From NCBI GenBank assembly GCA_965237675.1, contig OZ250150.1, positions 2,592,001-2,656,000 on the forward strand: a DNA stretch of 64,000 nucleotides, written 5' to 3'. The notes beneath the pieces were generated by a model that was given only the letters and a program-made list of their open reading frames with translations, did no database searches and was not told where the DNA came from. This document shows positions 18,818 to 28,404 of this stretch, one piece after another. The position numbers and the translations under genes are program-made. How positions within the stretch are numbered: the stretch's first letter is position 1; each line of letters opens with the position of its first letter. Origin of the DNA: Candidatus Latescibacterota bacterium. GTDB taxonomy: Bacteria; Latescibacterota; UBA2968; GCA-2709665.

Positions 18818-19876
18818 ATGTCACAGCAGGCGGAAGCGATGTGGTTTTACGTGGGCGGCGCCGGAATCTCGGTCTACCGTCTGGATCTGGCCACCGGGGA
18901 TCTGGTGGAGATGAGTACGGTTTCGGACGTGAAGAATCCCTCGTTTCAGGCCATCCATCCAACGAACCGGTTTCTCTATTCGGTGGCGGAGGTGGAGGAG
19001 GGCGGGGCGTTACACGCGTTCGCCATCGATCCGGCCACAGGAGCGTTGCGTTCCCTGAATCACCAGTCCTGTATGGGCGCCGGGCCATGCCACGTAAGTG
19101 TTGACGCAACCGGACGAGTGGCGCTGGTGGCGAATTATTCCAGCGGTGGCGTGGCGGCGCTGCCCATCCGGGAGGACGGCAGCCTGGGCGAGGCCACTTC
19201 CGTTTTCCAGCACGAGGGTTCCAGCGCGCATCCGGGCAGGCAGCAGGGGCCGCACGCGCATTCATTCACGATCGATCCGGGCAATCGATACGCCGTGTCA
19301 GCGGATCTCGGAATCGACAAAATTCTGGTTTATCGGCTGGATCCCCAGGAAGCGACGTTAACGCCGAACGACCCCCCGTGGGTGGATGTTCAGGCGGGCG
19401 CCGGGCCCAGGCACTTCGCGTTTCATCCGAACCGGAAATACGCATACCTGATCAATGAACTGGACAATACGGCCGTGGCGTACACCTATGACGGGAATCG
19501 CGGGGTTCTGGAGACGATCCAGGTGATTTCCACACTGCCCGGGGACTTTACGGATACCAGCTATTGTGCGGATATCCACGTGTCGCCCGACGGGCGTTTC
19601 GTGTACGGTTCCAACCGGGGGCACGACAGTCTTGTGATTTTTGAAGTCGATTCGGGGACGGGCAGGCTCACGGTCGTGGACTACGAGTCGACCCGCGGCG
19701 AGTTCCCGCGTAATTTCGCTGTGGATCCCTCCGGGCAGTTCCTGTTCGCTGCCAATCAGAACTCGGACAATATCGTTACGTATCGAATCGATGCACATAC
19801 CGGCAGGCTCACGCCGACCGGCCAACAGGTGGGGTCACCGCAGCCCGTCTGCATCAATATGATTCCCGCCGCATAA
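18818..19876 (+). CDS. pgl: 6-phosphogluconolactonase-like beta-propeller lactonase
   Basis: GPCHVSVD, VANYSSG, RQQGPHAH, ADLGID, GAGPRH, SNRGHDS, PRNF, ANQNSD. Confidence 0.9.
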   Translation: MSQQAEAMWFYVGGAGISVYRLDLATGDLVEMSTVSDVKNPSFQAIHPTNRFLYSVAEVEEGGALHAFAIDPATGALRSLNHQSCMGAGPCHVSVDATGRVALVANYSSGGVAALPIREDGSLGEATSVFQHEGSSAHPGRQQGPHAHSFTIDPGNRYAVSADLGIDKILVYRLDPQEATLTPNDPPWVDVQAGAGPRHFAFHPNRKYAYLINELDNTAVAYTYDGNRGVLETIQVISTLPGDFTDTSYCADIHVSPDGRFVYGSNRGHDSLVIFEVDSGTGRLTVVDYESTRGEFPRNFAVDPSGQFLFAANQNSDNIVTYRIDAHTGRLTPTGQQVGSPQPVCINMIPAA

Positions 19877-20456
19877 AGCTTCCGGACACGCCTCTGTCCG
19901 AATCGCGATGAACCCAGGGCTTTCGTCGATGGGCTCTGTCGGCCTGCTTCGCTCGCGTTCTGCCCCGGAACAAATGGGGGCGTCCCGCTTTGCCAATCTA
20001 TAGACCACGGCGGCGTGAGGTAATTTTGCTCATCCAATGCTGGTTGAATGTGACTCTGAATTGGCAACCGCTGTGATCTACGTAACTACCGAATTTCCAC
20101 GACGGTAGGTCATTGATAAAACTACTTGACAACGGAAATAAGCTTCTTGTTCTTGGCGTCAAAATTGACATGTTCTGATTTTTCCTGTAAATTTGGACGC
20201 CCATACCCTTTGTCCAATGACTTGAGTATAGCTCCGCTATCCCACCTGCCAACCTCTTCGTCAGGCCATTGCTCTCACAGCAGCTCATCATTAAATATAT
20301 GGCTCCAAAAGGCGTGTTCTTTCATAGAATATCCGATGTCCGATCGGGCGGGAAACATCGTTAAAGCGATGTTTCCCGGTCGGCAAGAAAGTGGAAGGCA
20401 GATGGCGGTGTCTCCATAAGTAGACTGATATAGACTCCCTCACGAAAGAGAAAGCC

Positions 20457-20702
20457 ATGCCGCTGTCCAAAGAGATCGAAGCATACGAGAATTTTCGCTC
20501 TGAACTGGAGATGGACCACTTTGGGGAATGGGTGGTTGTTCATGACGAAAAGCTCATTGGGAAATACCCCTCATTTGAGGCCGCCGCGGAGGATGCCATA
20601 AAGAGGTTTGGACGAGGACCGTATCTAATCCGTCAAATAGGACAGGCTCCACTTACATTGCCGGCTTCTGTCGTTTTTGGAGTTGGCCATGGGACGCACT
20701 AA
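20457..20702 (+). CDS. Small DUF5678-like protein
   Basis: EIEAYENFRSELEMDHFGEWVVVHDEKLIGKYPSFEAA...FGRGPYLIRQIG. Overlaps the protease gene. Confidence 0.7.
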   Translation: MPLSKEIEAYENFRSELEMDHFGEWVVVHDEKLIGKYPSFEAAAEDAIKRFGRGPYLIRQIGQAPLTLPASVVFGVGHGTH

Positions 20703-21150
20703 GTGTGGTTTTGATGATCAACCCGGTCTACCTGGTCGAGATGCATTGATTCGTCACGGGCCAACGTTAATGGTCAATATCGGGTTAGATATATACTTCC
20801 GTGCAAATAGAAACTCCCATCCCCAACTCCCATCTCAAACCTGGCCCGCTTTAGTCGATACAGGCGCAGGCGAGAGTTGTATTGATTCCAATCTCGCGTC
20901 GAGCCTGAATCTTCCAATTGTTGATCAGCAAATTACATCTGGGGCTCATGGGGCGCACCCCGTCAACGTACATCTCGCACAGATTCATGTTCCAAATTTG
21001 AATTTTACAATCCATGGTCGGTTTGCAGGCGTTCATCTGACTGCTGGGGGTCAACCCCACATGGCACTTATTGGAAGGACGTTTTTGCAACATTTCACCA
21101 TGATCTACGAGGGCAAGACAGGCAATGTAATCCTGAACAATGACACGTGA
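20689..21150 (+). CDS. Retropepsin-like (clan AA) aspartic protease
   Basis: Catalytic ALVDTGA motif and C-terminal ALIGRTFL. GGAG SD before ATG 20689. Confidence 0.85.
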   Translation: MGRTKCGFDDQPGLPGRDALIRHGPTLMVNIGLDIYFRANRNSHPQLPSQTWPALVDTGAGESCIDSNLASSLNLPIVDQQITSGAHGAHPVNVHLAQIHVPNLNFTIHGRFAGVHLTAGGQPHMALIGRTFLQHFTMIYEGKTGNVILNNDT

Positions 21151-21170
21151 TGTGACGAAATGCTTCAATC

Positions 21171-21580
21171 TCATTCATATCTCACCAGATCCTTTTAATG
21201 CAACTTATTGCCAACCATACCTGAAACAACCATACCCATCTATTCAACGGTGTGGGCATCCCGGACATTGTGCCGACCATAGAACTCGTTGACATAACGA
21301 TTCAGGTGCTGGATGTTCATCTTGTGGCGCGTTCCGTAATATCCACGCTTTAGAAGTGACCTAAAAGACTCAATGCCGTTCGTGTGGGCCTGATCTTTCA
21401 CGAACTCCCCGACTGAGTGCTTTACGGCCCGATGCCTCACGCCTTGAATCCCATTTTAGGCTGAGGCATCATCTGTATATACGGTAGCGTCGTTTTCTGC
21501 CTGGCGGGCAACAAATCCCTTCAGGTCTGGACCGTCGTATGATTGAGACACTTCAGCGTCGACCCTATTGATTGTTTTCT
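21171..21580 (-). pseudogene. IS1595 (ISXO2-like DDE) transposase remnant
   Basis: NRVDAEV...LKGFV...ATVYTDDASA*, frameshift, HRAVKHSVGEFVKDQAHTNGIESF.SLLKRGYYG...HLNRYVNEF.GRHN, TVE*MGMVVSGMVGNKLH*KDLV. The 5' half is missing. Confidence 0.9.
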
Positions 21581-21599
21581 CCAGGAGCAACGGCACGCC

Positions 21600-23165
21600 A
21601 TGAATATCGGCACACTGCTGACGAAATCGGCACGCACGTTTCCTGAGAATCTGGCCGTGGCGTGCGGCGCCCGGCGATGGACCTACGCCCGGTTCAACGA
21701 GCGTGTGAACCGGTTGGCGAACGCGATTCGCAGGCTCGGCGTCTGCCCGGGCGGCCATGTGGCAATCCTGATGCAGAATCTCCCGGAAATGCTGGAATCC
21801 ATGTTCGCCTGTTTCAAGGCCGGGGCGGCGGCCGTACCGATCAATTTTCGCCTGCATCCCAACGAGATCGCCTTTATCATCGATCATTCGGAAGCCGAAC
21901 TGGTTGTTCTTTCCTCTCAATTCAACGCGACGATTTCGCAGGTCAAAGATCGCTTGCCGCGGGTTCGGCACGTCGTCACCATTGCGGATGCGCACGAGGA
22001 ATTGCTGGACTATGAAACATTGATTCGCGCCGAGCGCGCCGCGTTCGACGATGTGGACGTGGATCCCGACGACGTGGCGTGGGTGTTCTACACGTCCGGA
22101 ACCACGGATCAACCCAAAGGGGCATTGCTGACACACCGCAATCTGCTGGCGATGACGATGAGCTTTTACGCGGACATCTGCCAGGGCTTCGGACCCGACG
22201 ACGTGGCCCTGCACGCAGCACCCCTGTCCCACGGGAGCGGCCTTTACGCCCTGCCAAATGTCGGCAAGGCCGCGGCCAATATCATCCCGGAAACCGTTTC
22301 ATTTGATCCCGAACGTGTTCTGGAGGCCATCGGAGAGTACCGGGTCACCAATATGTTCGCCGCGCCGACCATGGTAAAGCGCCTCGTGGGAAGTCCGGCG
22401 CTGCACCGGTACGACCTTCGATCGTTGAGAATCCTCAACTACGGCGGCGCCCCGATGCTGGCCGAAGACCTCCAGGTTGCGATCGAAAAGCTGGGGCCCT
22501 GCCTCGTGCAGCTGTACGGCCTGGGCGAGTCTCCGATGACGATCACCCACCTGCCCCACCGCGACCACGTCCTGAATGGCACCGCACAACAGATGAAGCG
22601 ACTCAGTTCGGCGGGGTTTGCGCGTACCGACGTCGAAGTCAGAATCCTGGACGACGAGGACAACGAACTTCCAGCGGAAGCCATCGGCCAGATCGTGACG
22701 CGGTCGGACCTGGTCATGAAGGGTTACTGGCGCAATCCCGACGCCACCGCGGCCGCCCTGAAAGGCGGCTGGCTTCACACAGGCGATGTGGGGTACATGG
22801 ACGACGATGGCTACGTTTTTCTCCTGGATCGCTCCAAGGACCTGATTATCAGCGGCGGCGAGAATATCTACCCGCGCGAGATTGAAGAGGTGCTCATACG
22901 ACATCCGGCCGTATTCGAGGTCGCGGTCATCGGCGTGCCCCATCCGGAGTGGGGCGAGGCCGTCAAGGCCGTTGTGGTTCAGACGCCCGGGTGCGGCGTG
23001 TCCGGCGAGGAACTGATCGACTTCTGCAAAGGCCGAATCGCAAGTTTCAAGAAACCGGGATCCGTGGATTTTGTCGAAGAATTACCCAGGAACAACTACG
23101 GCAAGATCGTGAAGAACCTGATAAGGGCGCCGTATTGGGGCGGCAGGGCGAGCAGGGTGATCTGA
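21600..23165 (+). CDS. Acyl-CoA synthetase (AMP-binding)
   Basis: YTSGTTDQPKG, YGLGE, GWLHTGD, DRSKDLIISGGENIYP, GKI. Confidence 0.9.
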   Translation: MNIGTLLTKSARTFPENLAVACGARRWTYARFNERVNRLANAIRRLGVCPGGHVAILMQNLPEMLESMFACFKAGAAAVPINFRLHPNEIAFIIDHSEAELVVLSSQFNATISQVKDRLPRVRHVVTIADAHEELLDYETLIRAERAAFDDVDVDPDDVAWVFYTSGTTDQPKGALLTHRNLLAMTMSFYADICQGFGPDDVALHAAPLSHGSGLYALPNVGKAAANIIPETVSFDPERVLEAIGEYRVTNMFAAPTMVKRLVGSPALHRYDLRSLRILNYGGAPMLAEDLQVAIEKLGPCLVQLYGLGESPMTITHLPHRDHVLNGTAQQMKRLSSAGFARTDVEVRILDDEDNELPAEAIGQIVTRSDLVMKGYWRNPDATAAALKGGWLHTGDVGYMDDDGYVFLLDRSKDLIISGGENIYPREIEEVLIRHPAVFEVAVIGVPHPEWGEAVKAVVVQTPGCGVSGEELIDFCKGRIASFKKPGSVDFVEELPRNNYGKIVKNLIRAPYWGGRASRVI

Positions 23166-23271
23166 GGGATTGTCCTGATGGCTCCATGACACGATTCGGG
23201 CCGGGCAGCGCGACTTCCCCATATTCCCGCGCTTGCCGGTCGAACTGAAATTGGTGCCGAGGCGATGTTCG

Positions 23272-24537
23272 ATGGTTAAGAAACGCAAACTCGGGCGGGG
23301 CGTTGCCATGGTGGGCGCCGGCATGTCGGATTTCGGCATGTTCGAAAAAAGGGATTCCAGAGATCTCTTCGTCGACGCCTTCCGCGCGATGATCGCATCG
23401 GTGGACAAAGGGCTTGATCCCGGTGAGATCGATGCGCTGTACATCGGCAATTTCACCAACGATTTCTTCGTGGGTCAATCCCATTGGGGGGCCGTTCTGG
23501 TCGATGCGCTGGGCCTGGTTCCGAGGCCGGCGACCCGCACCGAGGGCGCCTGCGCCTCCAGCGCAATCGCTTTCCGTGAAGGCGTCTTTGCTATCGCGTC
23601 TGGATTTTACGACGTGGTCCTGGTCGGCGGCGTGGAGGACATGTCGAAACGTCCGACGGCCGACGTGGCGGAGGGCCTTGCGTCGGCAGCGGTACCCTAC
23701 GAACGGAAGTCGGGCTTTACCTTTCCCGGGGTGTTCGGCGCGATCGCGACGGCGTATTTTCACAAGTACGGCGCGACGCGTGAGCACCTGATGAACGTGA
23801 CGATCAAAAGCCATGAGAATGCGCCGCTGAATCCGAAAGCGCAATTCCGGTCCTCAATCGCTGATATAATGGATTCGAAGGTGGAGCGCGCGCGCGCACG
23901 TGGCGCGCCATTGCCTCAATGGACGGATGAAAAAGACTTCCTGCGCGACCCCCGGGTCAACCCGCCGGTCGCATGGCCGATGCACCTGTTCGATTGCTGT
24001 CCCATCAGCGACGGCGCCGGCTGTATCCTGCTGGCCGGTGAAGAGATCGCCAGACATTTTACCGACGATCCGCTTTACGTGGTAGGCCTTGGCCAGGGCA
24101 GCGGCAGAGGACTCCACGCGGCGCCGGATCTGACCAGCTTTGAGGCCACGCGCCAGGCCGCCCGGGAAGCCTATGCCATGGCGGATCTTGGCCCGGCGGA
24201 CATACAGTTCGCCGAGGTGCACGACTGTTTTTCCATCGCGGAGATCCTCCATATCGAGGATCTCGGCTTCTTCAGCCCCGGGGAAGGGTGCAGAGCTGTC
24301 GGTGAGGGCGCGACCCGGCTGCACGGACCGATGCCGATTAACACCTCCGGCGGCCTGAAGTGCAAGGGGCACCCCGTCGGGGCCACCGGCGTTGCACAGT
24401 TGATCGAGGTATGGGAGCAACTCAGGCAACAGGCCGGCGGCCGGCAGGTGCCGAACGGCGATCTGCGCCTGGGCGCGGCCCATAACCTGGGCGGCACCGG
24501 CGGCACAAGCACGTTTACGATTCTCGAGAGGCGATAG
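23272..24537 (+). CDS. SCP2-type thiolase
   Basis: EGACASS, DCCPISDG, AEVHDCF, NTSGGLKCKGHPVGATG, HNLGG. Confidence 0.9.
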   Translation: MVKKRKLGRGVAMVGAGMSDFGMFEKRDSRDLFVDAFRAMIASVDKGLDPGEIDALYIGNFTNDFFVGQSHWGAVLVDALGLVPRPATRTEGACASSAIAFREGVFAIASGFYDVVLVGGVEDMSKRPTADVAEGLASAAVPYERKSGFTFPGVFGAIATAYFHKYGATREHLMNVTIKSHENAPLNPKAQFRSSIADIMDSKVERARARGAPLPQWTDEKDFLRDPRVNPPVAWPMHLFDCCPISDGAGCILLAGEEIARHFTDDPLYVVGLGQGSGRGLHAAPDLTSFEATRQAAREAYAMADLGPADIQFAEVHDCFSIAEILHIEDLGFFSPGEGCRAVGEGATRLHGPMPINTSGGLKCKGHPVGATGVAQLIEVWEQLRQQAGGRQVPNGDLRLGAAHNLGGTGGTSTFTILERR

Positions 24538-24540
24538 ACG

Positions 24541-24969
24541 GTGGCGCGGCGGCCGATCAGCGATTTCTGGTTCGAAGCATTTCTCGGTGAAGAAAAACTG
24601 ATGGGGTCGACGTGTCCGCGGTGCGGCGACGTGTACGTACCGCCGCGTCCGATATGTACAGGATGCCACAACACGGGTTTGAAATGGATCCGGATGAGCG
24701 GCGTCGGCAAACTCGTCGCCTTCACCTGTATATCGATTGGCCCGCCCTCGATGCTGGAAGCCGGCTACGACCGGAACAATCCGTATTGCACGGGGGTTGT
24801 CCAACTGGAAGAAAACCCCAGAATTGTTGCCCGCATAGAAGGCGTCGACACACGGCATCCGGAATCCATCCAGATCGGCACGCCCTTGACCGCGATTTAC
24901 CTGCATCGAGGCAGCGGTCCGGATCGCGCAACGCAATTGGCCTTCCATCCCATGCACGGCAGCGAGTGA
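24541..24969 (+). CDS. DUF35 Zn-ribbon / OB-fold thiolase partner
   Basis: CPRCG...PPRPICTGC followed by an OB-fold; directly after the thiolase. Confidence 0.9.
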   Translation: MARRPISDFWFEAFLGEEKLMGSTCPRCGDVYVPPRPICTGCHNTGLKWIRMSGVGKLVAFTCISIGPPSMLEAGYDRNNPYCTGVVQLEENPRIVARIEGVDTRHPESIQIGTPLTAIYLHRGSGPDRATQLAFHPMHGSE

Positions 24970-25348
24970 TGAAGTCGATCGGTCCCGGATGAACGAGCCG
25001 CGCGGATCGGCGGCCGTTTTTTGTTTCGCGCTTTGGTGTAAACACGGTGTTTACGGGCCAGCAGGCGCTATCCCGTATCGTGAATTTCGATCATGTGCGC
25101 TGTCGTACATGGATACAACCGCAACCCTTCGACACACGGCGCACGCATTTGAAGGGCGGGAAACAATTGCGGCGGCTGACTTGCGTGCCTATATTTGAAA
25201 CCTTCCCCGACGTCGGCGTTTGACGGCGAGTGCTCCATTTAGCGACGGGTTATTGTGTGGTTCCGGAAGAGGACGTCAGATCGGCTGACGCCCGCGCTGT
25301 TGCGGGAGGTACCAATCCCGGATCCGGTAACATGGGAGACATACGGAA

Positions 25349-27202
25349 ATGAATCGGACCCTTAAAGATCTTATGAACAAGAGCTTTGCGGAGCACGCGG
25401 ACCGGACGGCGGTGCGTGTTCTGAGGCAGTCCGATCAGAAGGGAGAGCGGGGGTTGCGCTACGTTCCGATGACCTACGCGCAGCTTCGTGAGCAGCGGGA
25501 TCGGCTGGCTTCCGGGCTCGCCCGCGCCGGTTATTCAAAGGGCCACCGAGTGGGAATACTGACGGACGGTGGTCTGGAGCCGGTGCTGGTATTTCTGGCG
25601 GCGGATATGCTGGGGTTGTCTTCAGTTCCGCTCTGCAATAAGCTGCCGGACGATATTCTGAAATACAAAATCGAACATTCGGGCCTGGAGGTGCTGTTCC
25701 TGGATAGCAAAAGCCGGGAACAGGTGGAACGGGTACTGCAGCGTCTGGAGAAATCCCCGGACCTCGTGCTGACGGAGGGTCATTCCGACGGGATCCGTTC
25801 GTTTTTCGATCTGGTGCAGGATGGCGCGAAAGAACCCCCGCCCGAAGTGGAGATCGGTCCCGACGACGAGTCGAAGGTGGTCTACACCTCCGGCTCGTCC
25901 GGTCTGCCCAAGGGCGTGGTACAGACCCATCGAAATCTGGTCGATAACGTGAGGTCGGTCTGGGATGGGATATCACGTCGCGAAGCACCTGCTCTGTTCA
26001 AGTCCGCACCGGATTACCATACCATGGGCATCTTGAATATCTACTATCCCCTTATCAAGGGCTGGTCGCTGGATCTCGCGCGTTCACCCGATCGGGTACT
26101 TGTAGATATTCGTTATTCGGAACCACACGGCTTCCTGACCGTACCCCTTATCCTGGACAAGGTCTACGGAAACGTGCGAAAGGAGATCGACGCGGGTGGG
26201 GTGAAGGGCAGGCTGGTAGGGCGCGCGGTTCGGGCCAAGCGAAACATCTCTCGGGGCACGGCTTCGATCACGGACCGGGCGGTGTATGGATTGGTCGGGC
26301 GGAAGGTGGTGGCGAAGATCAAAGAGAAACTGTCCCAGCGCGTGGGCGGCCGGCTGGAACTGCTGATTGTAGGCTCCGCCAAAGCCGACCCTGAGGCACT
26401 GGATTTTTTCCAGGACGTGCTGGATATCACGTCGCTTGAAGGATACGGGACGACCGAGTGCTGCCCGATGATTGCGGTGAATACGTTGGACGCTCAGAAG
26501 ACCGGTACCGTGGGAAGGCCGCTGCTGGAGGTGAAACTGGTGACGGAAGCGGGTGAGGAGGTGGGGTCCGGCGATCCGGTGACGCAGACCTACCGGGAAA
26601 GCTGCGGAAGCGAAGGAGAACTCTGGGTGCATGGTTCTCACGTGATGCGAGAATACCTGAACGATCCCGAACGTACGGCACAGACGCTGGTGAAAGACGA
26701 AAGCGGCAAGACGTGGTACCGGACGGGCGATTTGTTCAGCATCGACGGGGATGGGTATCTGACGTTTCGTGGCCGTCTGGGACGGCAGTTCAAATTGAGT
26801 AACGGGGAGTTTGTGAACCCCGAATTACTCGAAAGGATATACGCACGTGTGCCGCTGGTCGAGCACGTGATGGTCTGGGGCGATCAGAGCGGGTCGTTTC
26901 CGATGCCGGTTGTCACGGTTAATGCCGAGGAGGCGCGGACATTGACCGATATTCCGGATCTGCCCGACGACGACGACGCCATACGCAGGCATTCCGGTGT
27001 GGCGGAGCGGTTGCGGGAACTCCTGCTGAAGGAGGCGACGGAAGCCGGCCTGCCGGGACACGAACGGCCGCAGAAAGTGCTGGTACTGCCCGATGCGCTC
27101 AGTGAGGAGTCCGGTACGCTGACACGTGGTTTGAAAAAGATGGTCCCGGGGGCGATCCTGGACCGGTACCGGGACAGCGTTGACGCGGCCTACTCCAGTT
27201 AA
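25349..27202 (+). CDS. Long-chain fatty acid-CoA ligase-like AMP-binding protein
   Basis: YTSGSSGLPKGV, EGYGTTE, WYRTGD, FKLSNGEFVNPE, GTLTRGLK. Confidence 0.85.
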   Translation: MNRTLKDLMNKSFAEHADRTAVRVLRQSDQKGERGLRYVPMTYAQLREQRDRLASGLARAGYSKGHRVGILTDGGLEPVLVFLAADMLGLSSVPLCNKLPDDILKYKIEHSGLEVLFLDSKSREQVERVLQRLEKSPDLVLTEGHSDGIRSFFDLVQDGAKEPPPEVEIGPDDESKVVYTSGSSGLPKGVVQTHRNLVDNVRSVWDGISRREAPALFKSAPDYHTMGILNIYYPLIKGWSLDLARSPDRVLVDIRYSEPHGFLTVPLILDKVYGNVRKEIDAGGVKGRLVGRAVRAKRNISRGTASITDRAVYGLVGRKVVAKIKEKLSQRVGGRLELLIVGSAKADPEALDFFQDVLDITSLEGYGTTECCPMIAVNTLDAQKTGTVGRPLLEVKLVTEAGEEVGSGDPVTQTYRESCGSEGELWVHGSHVMREYLNDPERTAQTLVKDESGKTWYRTGDLFSIDGDGYLTFRGRLGRQFKLSNGEFVNPELLERIYARVPLVEHVMVWGDQSGSFPMPVVTVNAEEARTLTDIPDLPDDDDAIRRHSGVAERLRELLLKEATEAGLPGHERPQKVLVLPDALSEESGTLTRGLKKMVPGAILDRYRDSVDAAYSS

Positions 27203-27274
27203 AGACACCACGCGAAGCCCTGGTCTGACGCCTCGGTCCGCGCGGCCAGTGAATTCACATAGAGGAGCATTCGC

Positions 27275-28318
27275 ATGCCGGTTTTTTCTGCGGCAGAACT
27301 GCGCCGTATAGGGCGCGAAATCTATGAACGTGCCGGCGCCACTTCTGAAGAGGCGGAAACGGTCGCGGGGCAACTGGTGGAATCCAGCTTGTCGGGCCAC
27401 GACTCGCACGGAGTACAGCGCCTGCCGCAGTACGTCGCGGGGGTGGCATCCGGACAGATCGTTCCGGGCGCCGCGGTTGAAGTGGAACGGGAGACGCCGG
27501 CCACGGCGGTGCTGAACGGGAACTGGGGGTTCGGACATGTAACCGCGGTGGCGGCGATGCAGGTGGCTATACGCAAGGCCCGCGAGGCCTCGGTGGGTCT
27601 GGTCACGGTTCACCGGTGTAACCACGTCGGCCGGCTTGGCGCTTTTTCGCCGCTGGCGGCCGAAGCGGACATGATCGGTATGCTTGCAAATAACGGACAC
27701 GGGGCGGATCTGGCGATGCCCCCGTCGGGCGGGATCGGGCGGGTCCTGCCCGCGAACTGCCTGGCAGTCGCATGTCCATCCGCGGGAGAGTTTCCGATCG
27801 CCCTGGATTTTACCACTGCGGTGGCGGCCGGCGGCAAGGTTCGCGTGACACTGGCAACGGGTGAGCGGATGCCGGATGGCTGGATGATTGATCACGAGGG
27901 CTATCCGACAAACGATCCCGGGGTGTATCTGACGGAACCGAAAGGCGCTCTGCTGCCGTTCGGAGGTCCCGTGGCGCACAAGGGATACGGGCTGGCCTTC
28001 GTGATCGACATTCTCTCGGGTGCGCTGTCTCCGGCCGGGTGTTCCCGCCAGGACTCGAAGGTGACGGGCAACGCGCTTTTTGTGCAGGCCATCAATATTG
28101 AAGCCTTTCGGCCGCTCGACGCGTTCAAGGCGGAGGTGAAGCGATTCGTCGACTACGTGAAGTCGGCCAAACTGGCTCCGGGTTCGCGGGAGGTGCTTGT
28201 GCCGGGCGAGCGGTCGTGGCGGACGAGGAAGGAGCGGTCGAAGTCCGGCATTCCGGTTCCTGACTCGACCTGGGAGCAGATTGTGGAGACCGGGCGGAAG
28301 GTAGGCCTGGAATTGTAG
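27275..28318 (+). CDS. Ldh_2 family oxidoreductase (malate/lactate/sulfolactate/ureidoglycolate type)
   Basis: GHDSHGV, NHVGRLG, LLPFGG...HKGYGL, VPGE. Confidence 0.9.
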   Translation: MPVFSAAELRRIGREIYERAGATSEEAETVAGQLVESSLSGHDSHGVQRLPQYVAGVASGQIVPGAAVEVERETPATAVLNGNWGFGHVTAVAAMQVAIRKAREASVGLVTVHRCNHVGRLGAFSPLAAEADMIGMLANNGHGADLAMPPSGGIGRVLPANCLAVACPSAGEFPIALDFTTAVAAGGKVRVTLATGERMPDGWMIDHEGYPTNDPGVYLTEPKGALLPFGGPVAHKGYGLAFVIDILSGALSPAGCSRQDSKVTGNALFVQAINIEAFRPLDAFKAEVKRFVDYVKSAKLAPGSREVLVPGERSWRTRKERSKSGIPVPDSTWEQIVETGRKVGLEL

Positions 28319-28404
28319 GGTGTCTCATCCCGGCGAATCCGCCAACGGGCTACTTCGGATGATTCGTTCTCCGATATACGGATTTGCACAGGAGGTCGCG
28401 GGAA

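Larger units (their letters stand above)
20070..21580 (-). mobile_element. Degenerate IS1595-family element with probable passenger genes
   Basis: Lower-GC block holding a transposase remnant, two intact small genes and a stop-interrupted frame at ~20120-20340. Candidate end GCTGTGATCTACGTAACTACC at 20070-20090 (tentative). Confidence 0.55.
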
